Assembly: GCA_963755715.1 (NCBI GenBank) | Contig: CAVWLW010000075.1 | Coordinates: 24,483-88,482 of the forward strand | Reading direction: 5' to 3' | From: an uncultured delta proteobacterium | Lineage (GTDB): Bacteria > Desulfobacterota > Binatia > UBA9968 | DNA length: 64,000 nucleotides | Shown here: one piece after another, positions 42,930 through 53,591 of the stretch | How the letters are laid out: each line of letters opens with the position of its first letter | How positions within the stretch are numbered: position 1 is the first letter of the stretch | Notes under the pieces: generated by a model | Database searches by the model: none | What the model saw: only the letters and a program-made list of their open reading frames with translations | What the model was told of the DNA's origin: nothing | Program-made: the position numbers and the translations under genes

Positions 42930-42958
42930 AAACTACGCGCGTATCGCAGAAGAGTCAA
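42930..42958 (-). promoter_or_regulatory. sigma70-like promoter of the ABC operon
   Basis: TTGACT-N17-TAGTTT. Confidence 0.5.
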
Positions 42959-43083
42959 GATAGCGATTTCGCTACAGGAACCGTCTCCGATCTTCGACTA
43001 AGACGCATGGAGTCGAACCCTGGGATCTCTACACAAATGGTAAATTAGTCGCTAGAATCGTTTCGACCTAGGGCTGTCCGAAT

Positions 43084-43978
43084 ATGCTGTCTTACCCGTT
43101 CACGCCTGAATTTCTCACCCAGCTGGAAACCCTCAGGCTGCGCACGAGAAGGGAATTTCTCGGCAGCCATACGGGAAGCTACTCTTCGCCTCGCCGCGGC
43201 ACCAGTTTGGAGTTTGCCGATTACCGCAAATATTCGCCCGGCGACGATCTGCGCTATCTCGACTGGGGTATTTACGCGCGCACCGACCGGCTTTACGTCA
43301 AGGTGTTTCGCGAAGAAGTCGACCTGTTCGCCTACGTTTTTATCGACGCGAGCGCATCCATGGCGTTTCCCTCGCGCGAAGAGAAATATTTGCCGGCCAC
43401 CCACATAGCGCTGGCGCTGGCCTACGTCATCTTGGCCAATCACGATCACGTCAAGCTGCATTTACTGCGCAACGCAAACCGCGCCGCGCGCATCGCCATT
43501 TTATCGCGGCCGGCGGCGCATGGCTGATTGTATCGAGTTCGCGACTTCAGCCGTTCCCGCCGGTCCGATGGACTTGGCCTCATCGCTCAGCGAGCATCTT
43601 CAACGCCTGCGCCGGCCGGGTAAAGCGATTCTTATATCCGATTTCCTCATGCCCGCCGCCGCCTACCAACAGGGATTGAATTTGTTGCGCGGTTTCAATC
43701 TCGACATCGCCGCCATTCAAATATTGTCGCGCGAGGAGGTGGAGCCGCGTTTTCCCAACGGCGGCTTGGCTCTGATCGACAGCGAGACCCAGGGAGAGAT
43801 CCGGTATCAGTGGAGCGGCAATTCCCAGCGCGATTATCAATCAAAGCTGGCCCATCACAATCTGGAAATCCGCAGTTTCTGCCACCAAAGCGGCATTCAC
43901 TATTCGCTTTATGTCGCCGACCGCGATCTCACCGATTTTATTTTCGCGACCTTGCCGGCCATCGGACTTTTCAAGTAA
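43084..43978 (+). CDS. DUF58 family protein (frameshift near 43490)
   Basis: GTSLEFADYRKYSPGDDLRYLDW..YARTDRLYVK, IDASASM and ILISDFL. Confidence 0.9.
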
Positions 43979-43982
43979 GGCC

Positions 43983-45795
43983 ATGGAGTTTCTCAATCCC
44001 ACCGCTCTCCTCGGACTGTTCGCGTTGCCTCTGCTGCTGATTCCCTATCTGGCGCGCCGAAAACCGCGCCGGCTGGTTTTTTCCAGCTTGTTGCTGTTTC
44101 TCGAAGGCGGGGTTCAAGTAAGCGGCCGCCCTCTGGGGCGCATTCATCTGCCGCCCATATTCTTTCTCCAGTTATTGCTTCTCGCCCTGCTCATTTTGGC
44201 CCTGAGCGAACCGGTATTCTCCGTTCGACCCACGAGTATTGCCATCGTCTTGGACAACTCGGCAAGCATGCAGACGGTGGAAGACGGTAAAACTCGCATG
44301 GCCCTCGCCAAGGAAAAGGCCGACGGCTTGACCACGGAGCTTGGCGTATCGGGCAAAGTCGATCTCTACACAACCACGCCGCGGCTTCAGCGGGTCAATG
44401 CCGCGCCGCTCGGCGCGATTGAAGCGAAATCACTGATCGGTGGCATTCAAGCCAACGATCTCGGCGATCCGCCGATCGATTACGACGATGCACTCGGCCG
44501 CTTGGCGCGCGAGCGCAAATACGAGCGCGTCTATCTCATCACCGATCATCCGGCGGCCGTCCCAGGGCGCCGTCGCACGGGTGATTTCCGTCGGACAGCC
44601 GAAGTCAAACTTGGCGGTTACCGCCTTCGAGGTGCGCCGTTCTTCTTTGGGCAACGCGCGCTTGGAGGCGAGCGCGACCGTAAATAATTTTTCCAGCAGG
44701 GATGAAAAGGTCAAAATAACGGTCAAAGGCAACGGCACAACTTTATCTAGCCGCGAGATCCTTGTCCGGGCCGATAAGTCGGCCAGCGCGAGCTTCGAAG
44801 GCTTGCCCGAGTATGCAAGTTACCAGGCCGAAATCGACGTCCGCGACGCCTTGCCGCTCGACAATCGCCGCTTCGCCACCGCGCCCGCTTCGCGCCACCT
44901 GCGTATCCTTGCGGTCACGCCTCTGCCTCAAGCGCTAACCAGTCTAAGATCCATTCCAGGCGTCAGCGTCGATGTCGTGGCCCCCGCCGACTATCAAAAA
45001 TCAGAACGCACCGGCTACGGCCTGGAAATATTTCATTTCGCGGCGCCCGAAGTCTTGCCGGAAAATCCGGCGCTCTTCATTCTGCCACCGGAAAAGAGCT
45101 TCTTGGTGGGCCTCGGCGCACCCTTCGGCAATGTGCAGATTTCCAATTGGCGCGAATCCAATATGTTGACCCGCTATATCAATTTTAGTTTGTTTCGACC
45201 GACCTACGCTCGCCCGCTAAAACCACAGACGACCGGCGACGTCGTCATTGAAAGTCCGGCCGGAGCCCTCGCTTTCGCTCTCGAACGAAAAGGCTTTCGC
45301 TATCTCGTTCTCGGTTTCGATCCATTGCCTTATTTGGGCCGCGAAAATTTACCGATGTCGATTTTCACGCTTAATTTTCTCGATTGGTTTTTTGAAAGCG
45401 GCGCGCTCAAGTCTCAAGCGACAGGAGAACCGATCGCTTTGGGACCGATCCAGCCGGGCGATGCTATTATCGCGCCGACCGGCGAGAAGGCGTCGTTGAA
45501 ATCGGGCGGCGACTATTTTTTAGATACCTACCGCCAGGGCGTCTATCAGCGTCAGCGTGGCCGCGAAACCGACCTGTATGCACGCAATTTGGCCGACGCC
45601 AATGAATCCGACCTGAGAACGCCGGCAGCCATCGAACTCCAGGGCTCGACACAAACCCCCGGTAGCGGCTCGGCGCTCTTTACTTTCTGGCCCTATCTGC
45701 TGCTTGGCTCGCTGTTGCTGTTTTTCATCGAGTGGTTTATCAACCCGCCCCTGACCGTTGGTAAATTTCGCCGTGGTTCGCGTCAAGCGGTGTAG
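43983..45795 (+). CDS. BatA N-domain / VWA membrane protein (frameshift near 44555)
   Basis: MEFLNP..LLGL..LPLLL, VLDNSASM, LITD, DALPLDN, NLADANESDL and a C-terminal TM ending IEW. Confidence 0.85.
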
Positions 45796-45800
45796 GTTCA

Positions 45801-48368
45801 ATGAATAATCCATTGAACACATTTCTCGCCGACATTGTTTTCGCCAAGCCATTTTTTCTCTGGCTGTTGCTCGCCTTGCCGCTTTTGTGGTTTCGCTTCC
45901 GCGACCGCCGCCTCGTGGTGTTGCTCGCGCGCAGCTTGATTCTGGCGCTGGTGATCTTGACGCTCGCCGATCCGCAGTCGGCGAGCGAGGAATCACGCGA
46001 TCAGGAGCGCATTTTCGCCTACGACGTTTCCGACAGTATCCCGACTTCGATGCGCGATTGGATGAAAAGCTCGGCCCGCCCGGTCCCTGCGCCCAGTCGC
46101 CACGATCGCGTCTTCGTGTTTGGCGCCGCGGCGGCCGGGGTCAGCAACTGGAGAGAAGTACTCGATGGCGATCGCGCCAAGAATGCCGGCGCGGCGCCGG
46201 AAAAAACCAGTTTGGAAAATCTTTTCAACGCGCTTTTGGCGCTGCCCGCAGGGCCGCGCAGTCTCTACTTATTTACCGACGGTTGGGAAAATCAGGGAAA
46301 CGTCGAACGCCTTTTACCGGCGGTCGCGGCCGCGGGAATCAAGATTTATCCCATCCTGCCTGCCGGGCGTCCAGCGATTGCCAATGTCGCAATAACCAAA
46401 TTGCTGGCGCCGACCCAAGGAAATAGCGGCGAGAGTTTGAACGTCAAAGTAGTGCTCGATAATCAAAACGACCGGCCGGTCGAGGGCACACTCGCGCTCA
46501 CCCGCAACGGGCAGGCACTCAAAACTGAGCCCGTGAAACTCAATCCAGGAAGCCAGACCTTTACTTTTCAGGCCACGCCGAGCGAAGATACCCTGACCTC
46601 TTTTCAAGCGAGCTTTTCCCCGCGCGACAAGGAAACCGACCGCTACCCGGCCGACAACCACGCCGTCGCATGGGTCAGCTCCCGGGCCAAAACCAAGGTT
46701 TTGCTGATCAACGGCCAAAGCGGCGCAGGCCGGCATCTCGAAGAAATAATCAAACGCCAGGGGCTTGAGGTTACCGTGCGGCGGCCGGAAACCGCTCCGC
46801 CAGCGTCCGGTTATAAGATCGTCATTTTTAATAATGCCGAGCGCGACCGCTTCGCATCCGGCTATCTCGCCTCGATCGAACGGCATACCGCCGAAGGAAA
46901 CGGCTTTATCATGCTCGGTGCCGACGCCAGTTTTGCGCCGACCAGTTATCGCCAAACCCCCATTGAAACTATCTTGCCGGTCGAACCCAAAGAGCCGCCT
47001 AAGCGCGAAGAGAAAAACCGCGCCATCGTTTTGGTCGTGGACAAGTCGGGCAGTATGCGCGACGACAACCGCATCGTCTACGCCAAGGAAGCCGCCAAGG
47101 CCGTCGCGCGGCAATTACAGGATATCGACCTGCTAGGCGTGGTCGGTTTCGATGACAGTCCTTTCGTGGTCGTTTACATGGAGACGATGGCGCGTCTGCG
47201 CGGCGTCATCGACGCGCAAATCGATCGTCTCAAGCCCGGCGGTCAAACCTACTTTTTGCCGGCCCTGTTGGAAGCCAAACGCCAGCTCGAACGGACCAAC
47301 GCTTCGCGCAAGCATATTATTTTATTGAGCGACGGTGTCACTCGCGGCAGCCAGGGCGAGCTCGTCGATCTGGTCAGCATGATGAAGAACGAGCTCAAGA
47401 TTACGGTCTCCGCCGTGGCGATCAGCTCCGAGGCCGACGTCCGCGTCATGAAACGGATCAGCCAGTACGGCGGCGGCTTGTTTCATCACGTCGTCGATCC
47501 CTCGACGCTGCCCCAGATCGTGCTGGAGCAGATGCAAGACAAAACGAAAGAAGAGCCGGTAAATGAAGGGCCTTGGACGCCGGTCCAGGAACGAGGTTCG
47601 GAGTTACTCGCCGGCTTCGGCGCGCGGGCTTATCCATCGGTCCTGGGCTTTATGGAAACCGACCTCAAAAGAAATGCCCAGATGGATCTGGCGATTTCGA
47701 AAACAGACCGCCGCCTGCCGCTATTGGCCTCCTGGCGTTACGGCAAAGGGAAATCGATTGCTTTGACGACCGATTTGGAAGGCCGCTGGAGCAGAAACTG
47801 GATTCCGTGGAGCGGGTTGCAGGGGTTTTGGGGACGCCTGTTCGACTGGCTCAATCCACCGGAAGAAAATCTAATCCCGGCGCATGAAGTCCGGGTCAGC
47901 TACGGCGAAAATGGCGCCGTGCTCGATCTGTCAATCTATGATGAAGTCAGCGCCAACAGCCAGTACCGGTTCACGATCCATAACCAAGCAATTAAGGCAG
48001 AGGGCGCTCTCAACCGTTTGGCGCCGGGTCATTACCAGGCGGTTTTGCCGGTTGCGCAGCGCGGCGACTATCGAATCGATATCGTTGAGGAAAGAGGCGG
48101 CCGCCGGGTTCCCTTTCCGCCAGTCGGCTACTCCCTTTCTTATGATTTGAATAGCGAATTGCCGCGCGCAGAATTTAACCATCGACTCTTGTCGCGCATG
48201 GCGCAGGCGACTGGTGGCGAAATCAATCCGCGCTCGGTTCCGAACCAAATCTCAACGACCGTGACCAAGACCTATGAGCCGATCAAGCAGCCCTTTATTA
48301 TTTTGGCGTTTTGTCTATTTCTGCTCGAAATCGCATTGAGAAAATTTGCCTTTGCTGAGCCTGACTGA
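45801..48368 (+). CDS. VWA domain membrane protein with glutamine-amidotransferase-like domain
   Basis: YDVSDSI, LFTDG, MIDAS VDKSGSM...LLSDG, PLLASWRYGKGK, AQATGG and a C-terminal TM. Confidence 0.85.
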   Translation: MNNPLNTFLADIVFAKPFFLWLLLALPLLWFRFRDRRLVVLLARSLILALVILTLADPQSASEESRDQERIFAYDVSDSIPTSMRDWMKSSARPVPAPSRHDRVFVFGAAAAGVSNWREVLDGDRAKNAGAAPEKTSLENLFNALLALPAGPRSLYLFTDGWENQGNVERLLPAVAAAGIKIYPILPAGRPAIANVAITKLLAPTQGNSGESLNVKVVLDNQNDRPVEGTLALTRNGQALKTEPVKLNPGSQTFTFQATPSEDTLTSFQASFSPRDKETDRYPADNHAVAWVSSRAKTKVLLINGQSGAGRHLEEIIKRQGLEVTVRRPETAPPASGYKIVIFNNAERDRFASGYLASIERHTAEGNGFIMLGADASFAPTSYRQTPIETILPVEPKEPPKREEKNRAIVLVVDKSGSMRDDNRIVYAKEAAKAVARQLQDIDLLGVVGFDDSPFVVVYMETMARLRGVIDAQIDRLKPGGQTYFLPALLEAKRQLERTNASRKHIILLSDGVTRGSQGELVDLVSMMKNELKITVSAVAISSEADVRVMKRISQYGGGLFHHVVDPSTLPQIVLEQMQDKTKEEPVNEGPWTPVQERGSELLAGFGARAYPSVLGFMETDLKRNAQMDLAISKTDRRLPLLASWRYGKGKSIALTTDLEGRWSRNWIPWSGLQGFWGRLFDWLNPPEENLIPAHEVRVSYGENGAVLDLSIYDEVSANSQYRFTIHNQAIKAEGALNRLAPGHYQAVLPVAQRGDYRIDIVEERGGRRVPFPPVGYSLSYDLNSELPRAEFNHRLLSRMAQATGGEINPRSVPNQISTTVTKTYEPIKQPFIILAFCLFLLEIALRKFAFAEPD

Positions 48369-48424
48369 AAACTTTCCAAGTTTCCAAAGGAATTCTTTGC
48401 TTTCCCAAGGGCGGGGTTTTTTGT

Positions 48425-48453
48425 TTGACAGAGCCGGCGAAACGGTCTAATTA
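48425..48453 (+). promoter_or_regulatory. sigma70-like promoter
   Basis: TTGACA-N17-TAATTA upstream of the M23 peptidase. Confidence 0.45.
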
Positions 48454-48472
48454 ACTGTAAGCTTTTTTAACT

Positions 48473-49882
48473 ATGACTTCAGTAACGACAACGGGTCGAA
48501 GCGTCGGTTTGGCGCATCAAAAGCTTGCGCTGCGACCAATTCTTGCTTGCCATTTCAAAACCTTAACATGGCTTGCGACTTTCATCGCAGTGCTGGTGAT
48601 GCATTCAGTTCAGGCCCACGCCGCAAAGCAAAAGACCCCACGCAAAGAGGCTCCCAAGGGCAAAGCCAATCCCGTCACCGTTCCCGTTCGTAAAGTCACC
48701 AACATCCCAACGCAGCGAACCCTGCTTTCCTTGCCCTTTCCTCAACCCTTCGATCCATTCGAAAAGCGCGAACATATGACCCACCGGGTTCGCGCCGACG
48801 AAACGATTTTCGATATGCTGGGTCGTTATGGCCTGCCGGAGAAGGAAAGGCAGCAGTGGACACGGTCGATGACACGCGACCTCGGCCGCCAAGTGCTGCC
48901 GGTCGGAAGAGACGTGCATCTGTATTTTAGCAATCCCATATTCCGTCAACGAACCCTAGTCCTTCCGAGCAAATTAAAGGCCCTCGAGATCGACCAAGAC
49001 GACGCTTCGACCTTGACTTGGGAGCAAGGTATTAAAGGAATACTCTTTCAGAAACGCGAAAAACCGTACGACGTGGAAGTGAAAACGGTGAGCGGATCGG
49101 TGGAAACCTCACTATTCGAAGACGGACGCAAGGTCGGAATCCAATCCGCGTTGATCTCGCAACTCGCGGATATTTTTACCTGGGACATCGACATAGAGAA
49201 GGAAATCCGCCAAGGCGATACCTTTAAGATTCTTTACGAACAGCGCAGCCGCAGGGGCCAAGAAACCAAGTCAACCCTACGCATCCTGGCAGCCGAGTTG
49301 ACTAATGCCGGGCAAAAACTGACGGCAATCTATTTCGAAAAGCAACGCGGCCAAGGAAATTATTATAACCTCGAAGGTCGCAGCCTGGCGCGCTCTTTTT
49401 TGCGCTTTCCGCTTGAATTTACCAGCATTACCTCGCACTTCACCGAATCGCGCTTCCATCCGATTCTAAAGACCAATTTGCCGCACACAGGCGTGGATTT
49501 CGCGGCGCAACGGGGCACTCCGGTTCGTGCCGTCGGTGACGGCGTCATCAGCGAAGCCGGCTGGAATGGTTCGTATGGCAAAGCGATCGATATCAAGCAC
49601 GACTCAACATACATGAGCCGGTATGCCCATCTGGACAGCTTTGCCGTAGGCATTCGCGACGGCGCAGCCGTGACCAAGGGACAGATCATCGGCTACGTCG
49701 GTTCCACGGGTCGAAGCACCGGCCCGCACCTCCACTTCGAGCTCTACAAAGACCAGCAATTCATCAACCCGCTGAGCGTCGATTTTCCCGCCGAGGATAG
49801 CATCGAGCCGTCGTTGCAAAAGATTTTCGAAAACCAGACACAAAACTATCTCGTCGAGCTCGGGGCACCGCCGCAGTCTTAG
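48473..49882 (+). CDS. M23 family peptidoglycan DD-endopeptidase (MepM-like)
   Basis: HTGVDFAA..GTPV, YAHL and STGPHLHFE. Confidence 0.92.
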   Translation: MTSVTTTGRSVGLAHQKLALRPILACHFKTLTWLATFIAVLVMHSVQAHAAKQKTPRKEAPKGKANPVTVPVRKVTNIPTQRTLLSLPFPQPFDPFEKREHMTHRVRADETIFDMLGRYGLPEKERQQWTRSMTRDLGRQVLPVGRDVHLYFSNPIFRQRTLVLPSKLKALEIDQDDASTLTWEQGIKGILFQKREKPYDVEVKTVSGSVETSLFEDGRKVGIQSALISQLADIFTWDIDIEKEIRQGDTFKILYEQRSRRGQETKSTLRILAAELTNAGQKLTAIYFEKQRGQGNYYNLEGRSLARSFLRFPLEFTSITSHFTESRFHPILKTNLPHTGVDFAAQRGTPVRAVGDGVISEAGWNGSYGKAIDIKHDSTYMSRYAHLDSFAVGIRDGAAVTKGQIIGYVGSTGRSTGPHLHFELYKDQQFINPLSVDFPAEDSIEPSLQKIFENQTQNYLVELGAPPQS

Positions 49883-50170
49883 GCTCAGCTTTCTAAACTA
49901 GCCTCGCGCCAAATTACTAAAGTCTCAATTCCTCTAAGCCCGATCCATACTGTCCTGTCCTCCCGGTTTAGTCATCGGCGAGATTACCCGGATTACTGTG
50001 AACTTGTTTTCTTACTGGCACGGGATCTGCTTGAGCTGCATTGGTCTTGTTGCGATTTTTTGATATTGCAAAGATATTTGGGCGCCCTCGTTTGAAAGCT
50101 TTCTGGCAGCGCCTGCATCATTTTGGCGGATACCTGACTTTCTGAACCGGGGGACTTCTTAGCGACTAGT

Positions 50171-51409
50171 ATGATACAAACCGCCGTAATCCTGAGTACC
50201 GGCGACGAGCTCACAACCGGCAAAGTCGTCGATACCAATTCAGCGTTTATCGCGGATCGGCTTTTCACCGTCGGTGTAAAGGTCGCCGCCGTGTTAAAAG
50301 TTGGCGATGATCGAGAAAAGCTCCTGTGGGCGATGCATCAAGGTTCCGAGTTAGGTGATATCATCATCGGCACGGGCGGCCTCGGGCCCACGGCCGATGA
50401 TCTCACTACGGAGCTGGTCGCAGAATTTCTCGGCAGAAAGCTCATCACGAACCAAGCCGTCGCCGACGCCCTCAAAAAGCGCTTCGAAGCGCGCGCCATC
50501 GCTTGGACGCCGAATAATCTCAAACAGGCCTGCTTTCCTGAAGACGCGATTATCATCCCTAACCCGGTCGGCACCGCGCCCGGGTTTCGGGTGACAATGA
50601 GGCAAGGCAAAAGTCTCATTTGGCTTTCCGGCGTGCCGCGAGAAATGATCGCCATGTTCAATGAAACGGTCATGCCGTGGATCACCACGGAGCGCGGCAA
50701 AGACAGTGAAATTTTCTCCTGCACGTTTAAGATCCACGGCCTCACTGAGTCGAAGTTAGACGACCTCGTAAAACCCGTCGACCTGGGGCCGCAAGATAAG
50801 CTCTCTTTTCGCGCCCATTATCCGGATTTGACCTTGCGCTTAACGGCGAGCGGTGGCAAAGGGCAAGAGAAAGGCTTTGTCGAACGCTGTAAACAAATTC
50901 GCCGCATCCTGGGTACGTATATTTATGCGGAAGGCGATGTCGCTCTGGAAGAAAAGGTCGGCCAATTGTTAATGGAGAAAAACCAGACCCTCGCTTTGGC
51001 GGAATCCTGCACCGGCGGTTTGATTAGCCATCGCATTACCCGGATCGCCGGCAGCTCCGCCTACTATTACGGCGGCGCGGTAACCTACTCCAATGAAGCG
51101 AAAGTGAAATTTCTTGGAGTGAAGCCGGCAACTTTAGAAAAATATGGCGCGGTCAGTGAGCAAACAGCGCTGGAAATGTCTCGCGGCATCAGGGAGAAAA
51201 CCGGCGCGAGCGTCGGTCTGAGTGTTACCGGGATCGCGGGACCTAGCGGCGGCACCCCGGAAAAACCGGTGGGGACCGTGTGGATCAGTCTCGCACGGCG
51301 GAATAACCACGAAGCGCGTCAATTCCAGTTCCACGGCGAGCGCGAGCGCGTCATTCTCGGCACCTCACAAGCCGCGCTCAATTGGCTGCGGCTCACCCTT
51401 TTAGAATAG
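50171..51409 (+). CDS. cinA: competence/damage-inducible protein CinA (NMN deamidase)
   Basis: GDELTTG..DTN, GGLGPTADD, AESCTGG and TGIAGP.GG. Confidence 0.95.
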   Translation: MIQTAVILSTGDELTTGKVVDTNSAFIADRLFTVGVKVAAVLKVGDDREKLLWAMHQGSELGDIIIGTGGLGPTADDLTTELVAEFLGRKLITNQAVADALKKRFEARAIAWTPNNLKQACFPEDAIIIPNPVGTAPGFRVTMRQGKSLIWLSGVPREMIAMFNETVMPWITTERGKDSEIFSCTFKIHGLTESKLDDLVKPVDLGPQDKLSFRAHYPDLTLRLTASGGKGQEKGFVERCKQIRRILGTYIYAEGDVALEEKVGQLLMEKNQTLALAESCTGGLISHRITRIAGSSAYYYGGAVTYSNEAKVKFLGVKPATLEKYGAVSEQTALEMSRGIREKTGASVGLSVTGIAGPSGGTPEKPVGTVWISLARRNNHEARQFQFHGERERVILGTSQAALNWLRLTLLE

Positions 51410-51411
51410 TC

Positions 51412-51972
51412 GTGATTCGCGCCTTTCTCGCCATCGATCTGGAGCCGCAAGTCATCGAGAAAATTTGCCGGTCCATCGACGATCTTCGAGAGCGCATTCC
51501 CGCCGTTCGATGGGTTCCGATGACGAACCTTCATTTGACGGTCAAGTTTTTCGGTAACGTCGAAGAAGCGCGAGTCGAACCGATCGCCGCGGCGCTTCGG
51601 GAGCAGCTCCACCTCTTTCCGCGCTTCACCATAAATGCTAAAGGTCTAGGGGTATTTCCCGAGCGAGGGCGGCCAAAAATTTTATGGGTCGGCTTGACTG
51701 GAAATGAGTTGGGCGGGCTCGCGGCAAAGGTCCAGTCGTCGTTGCTGCCGCTCGGGTTTGCGCCAGAACAGAGAAGCTTCACGCCGCACCTGACAATTGG
51801 ACGATGGCGCGATTCCGACCGGGCGCCAAAAACGCTCAAGCAAGATCTGGAGAGTTGGCGGCATTGCGTATTTGGTCATTCCGTCGTGAACGAGGTAGTA
51901 CTATTCCAGAGCGTGTTAAAGGCCGAAGGCGCGGTTTACCGCCGGCTCAAAGTAATTTCCCTCGGCAAATGA
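51412..51972 (+). CDS. thpR: RNA 2',3'-cyclic phosphodiesterase
   Basis: Two HxT motifs (NLHLTVKF and FTPHLTIGR). Confidence 0.93.
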   Translation: MIRAFLAIDLEPQVIEKICRSIDDLRERIPAVRWVPMTNLHLTVKFFGNVEEARVEPIAAALREQLHLFPRFTINAKGLGVFPERGRPKILWVGLTGNELGGLAAKVQSSLLPLGFAPEQRSFTPHLTIGRWRDSDRAPKTLKQDLESWRHCVFGHSVVNEVVLFQSVLKAEGAVYRRLKVISLGK

Positions 51973-52000
51973 ATAATAGGCCAGTTGAAGGAGGCAGGAG

Positions 52001-53065
<1,065 letters not shown>

Positions 53066-53137
53066 CTTTAGAAGGTCATTCTGGCGCTCAAGAAAGCCGA
53101 AGTCGATTCCAAAGGAGCCGCGGCCGCGGCAGACGCG

Positions 53138-53581
53138 TTGCAAACTGCGCTACGCTATCTCGGTTATCGCTCACGCAGCGAAGCCGAAGTTCGACACTAT
53201 TTGCATCAACGAGGCTACTTGCCGGCGGCCGTCGAAAGCGCGGTCGGCCGGCTGCGCTCATTGAAGTATGTAAATGACGAGGTCTTCGCACGCGACTGGG
53301 CGCTCGCGCGCGCCCAAGGCACGGGTTATGGCCCAAGGAGAATCGATCAAGAATTGAGAAGTAAGGGTATTAGCCAATCCCTGATTCGCGACACGTTGCG
53401 AGAGACCTTCGATCAAGTCGACGAAGCCGGGCGAGCCAAGCGCCTTCTCGCCAAACGTTTCGCCGGCGCAGCTTTGAAAGAATCCAAAACGCGCAACCGC
53501 GCGGTGGCCTTTTTACAGCGCCGCGGCTATAGCAGCAAAGTGATTTTCGATCTGTTAGGCTATTCGATAGAAGAAGATTGA
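53138..53581 (+). CDS. recX: regulatory protein RecX
   Basis: ALRYLGYRSRSEAE, GPRRIDQELRSKGI and FLQRRGY; downstream of recA. The start may lie slightly upstream. Confidence 0.9.
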   Translation: MQTALRYLGYRSRSEAEVRHYLHQRGYLPAAVESAVGRLRSLKYVNDEVFARDWALARAQGTGYGPRRIDQELRSKGISQSLIRDTLRETFDQVDEAGRAKRLLAKRFAGAALKESKTRNRAVAFLQRRGYSSKVIFDLLGYSIEED

Positions 53582-53591
53582 TGGAAATACG

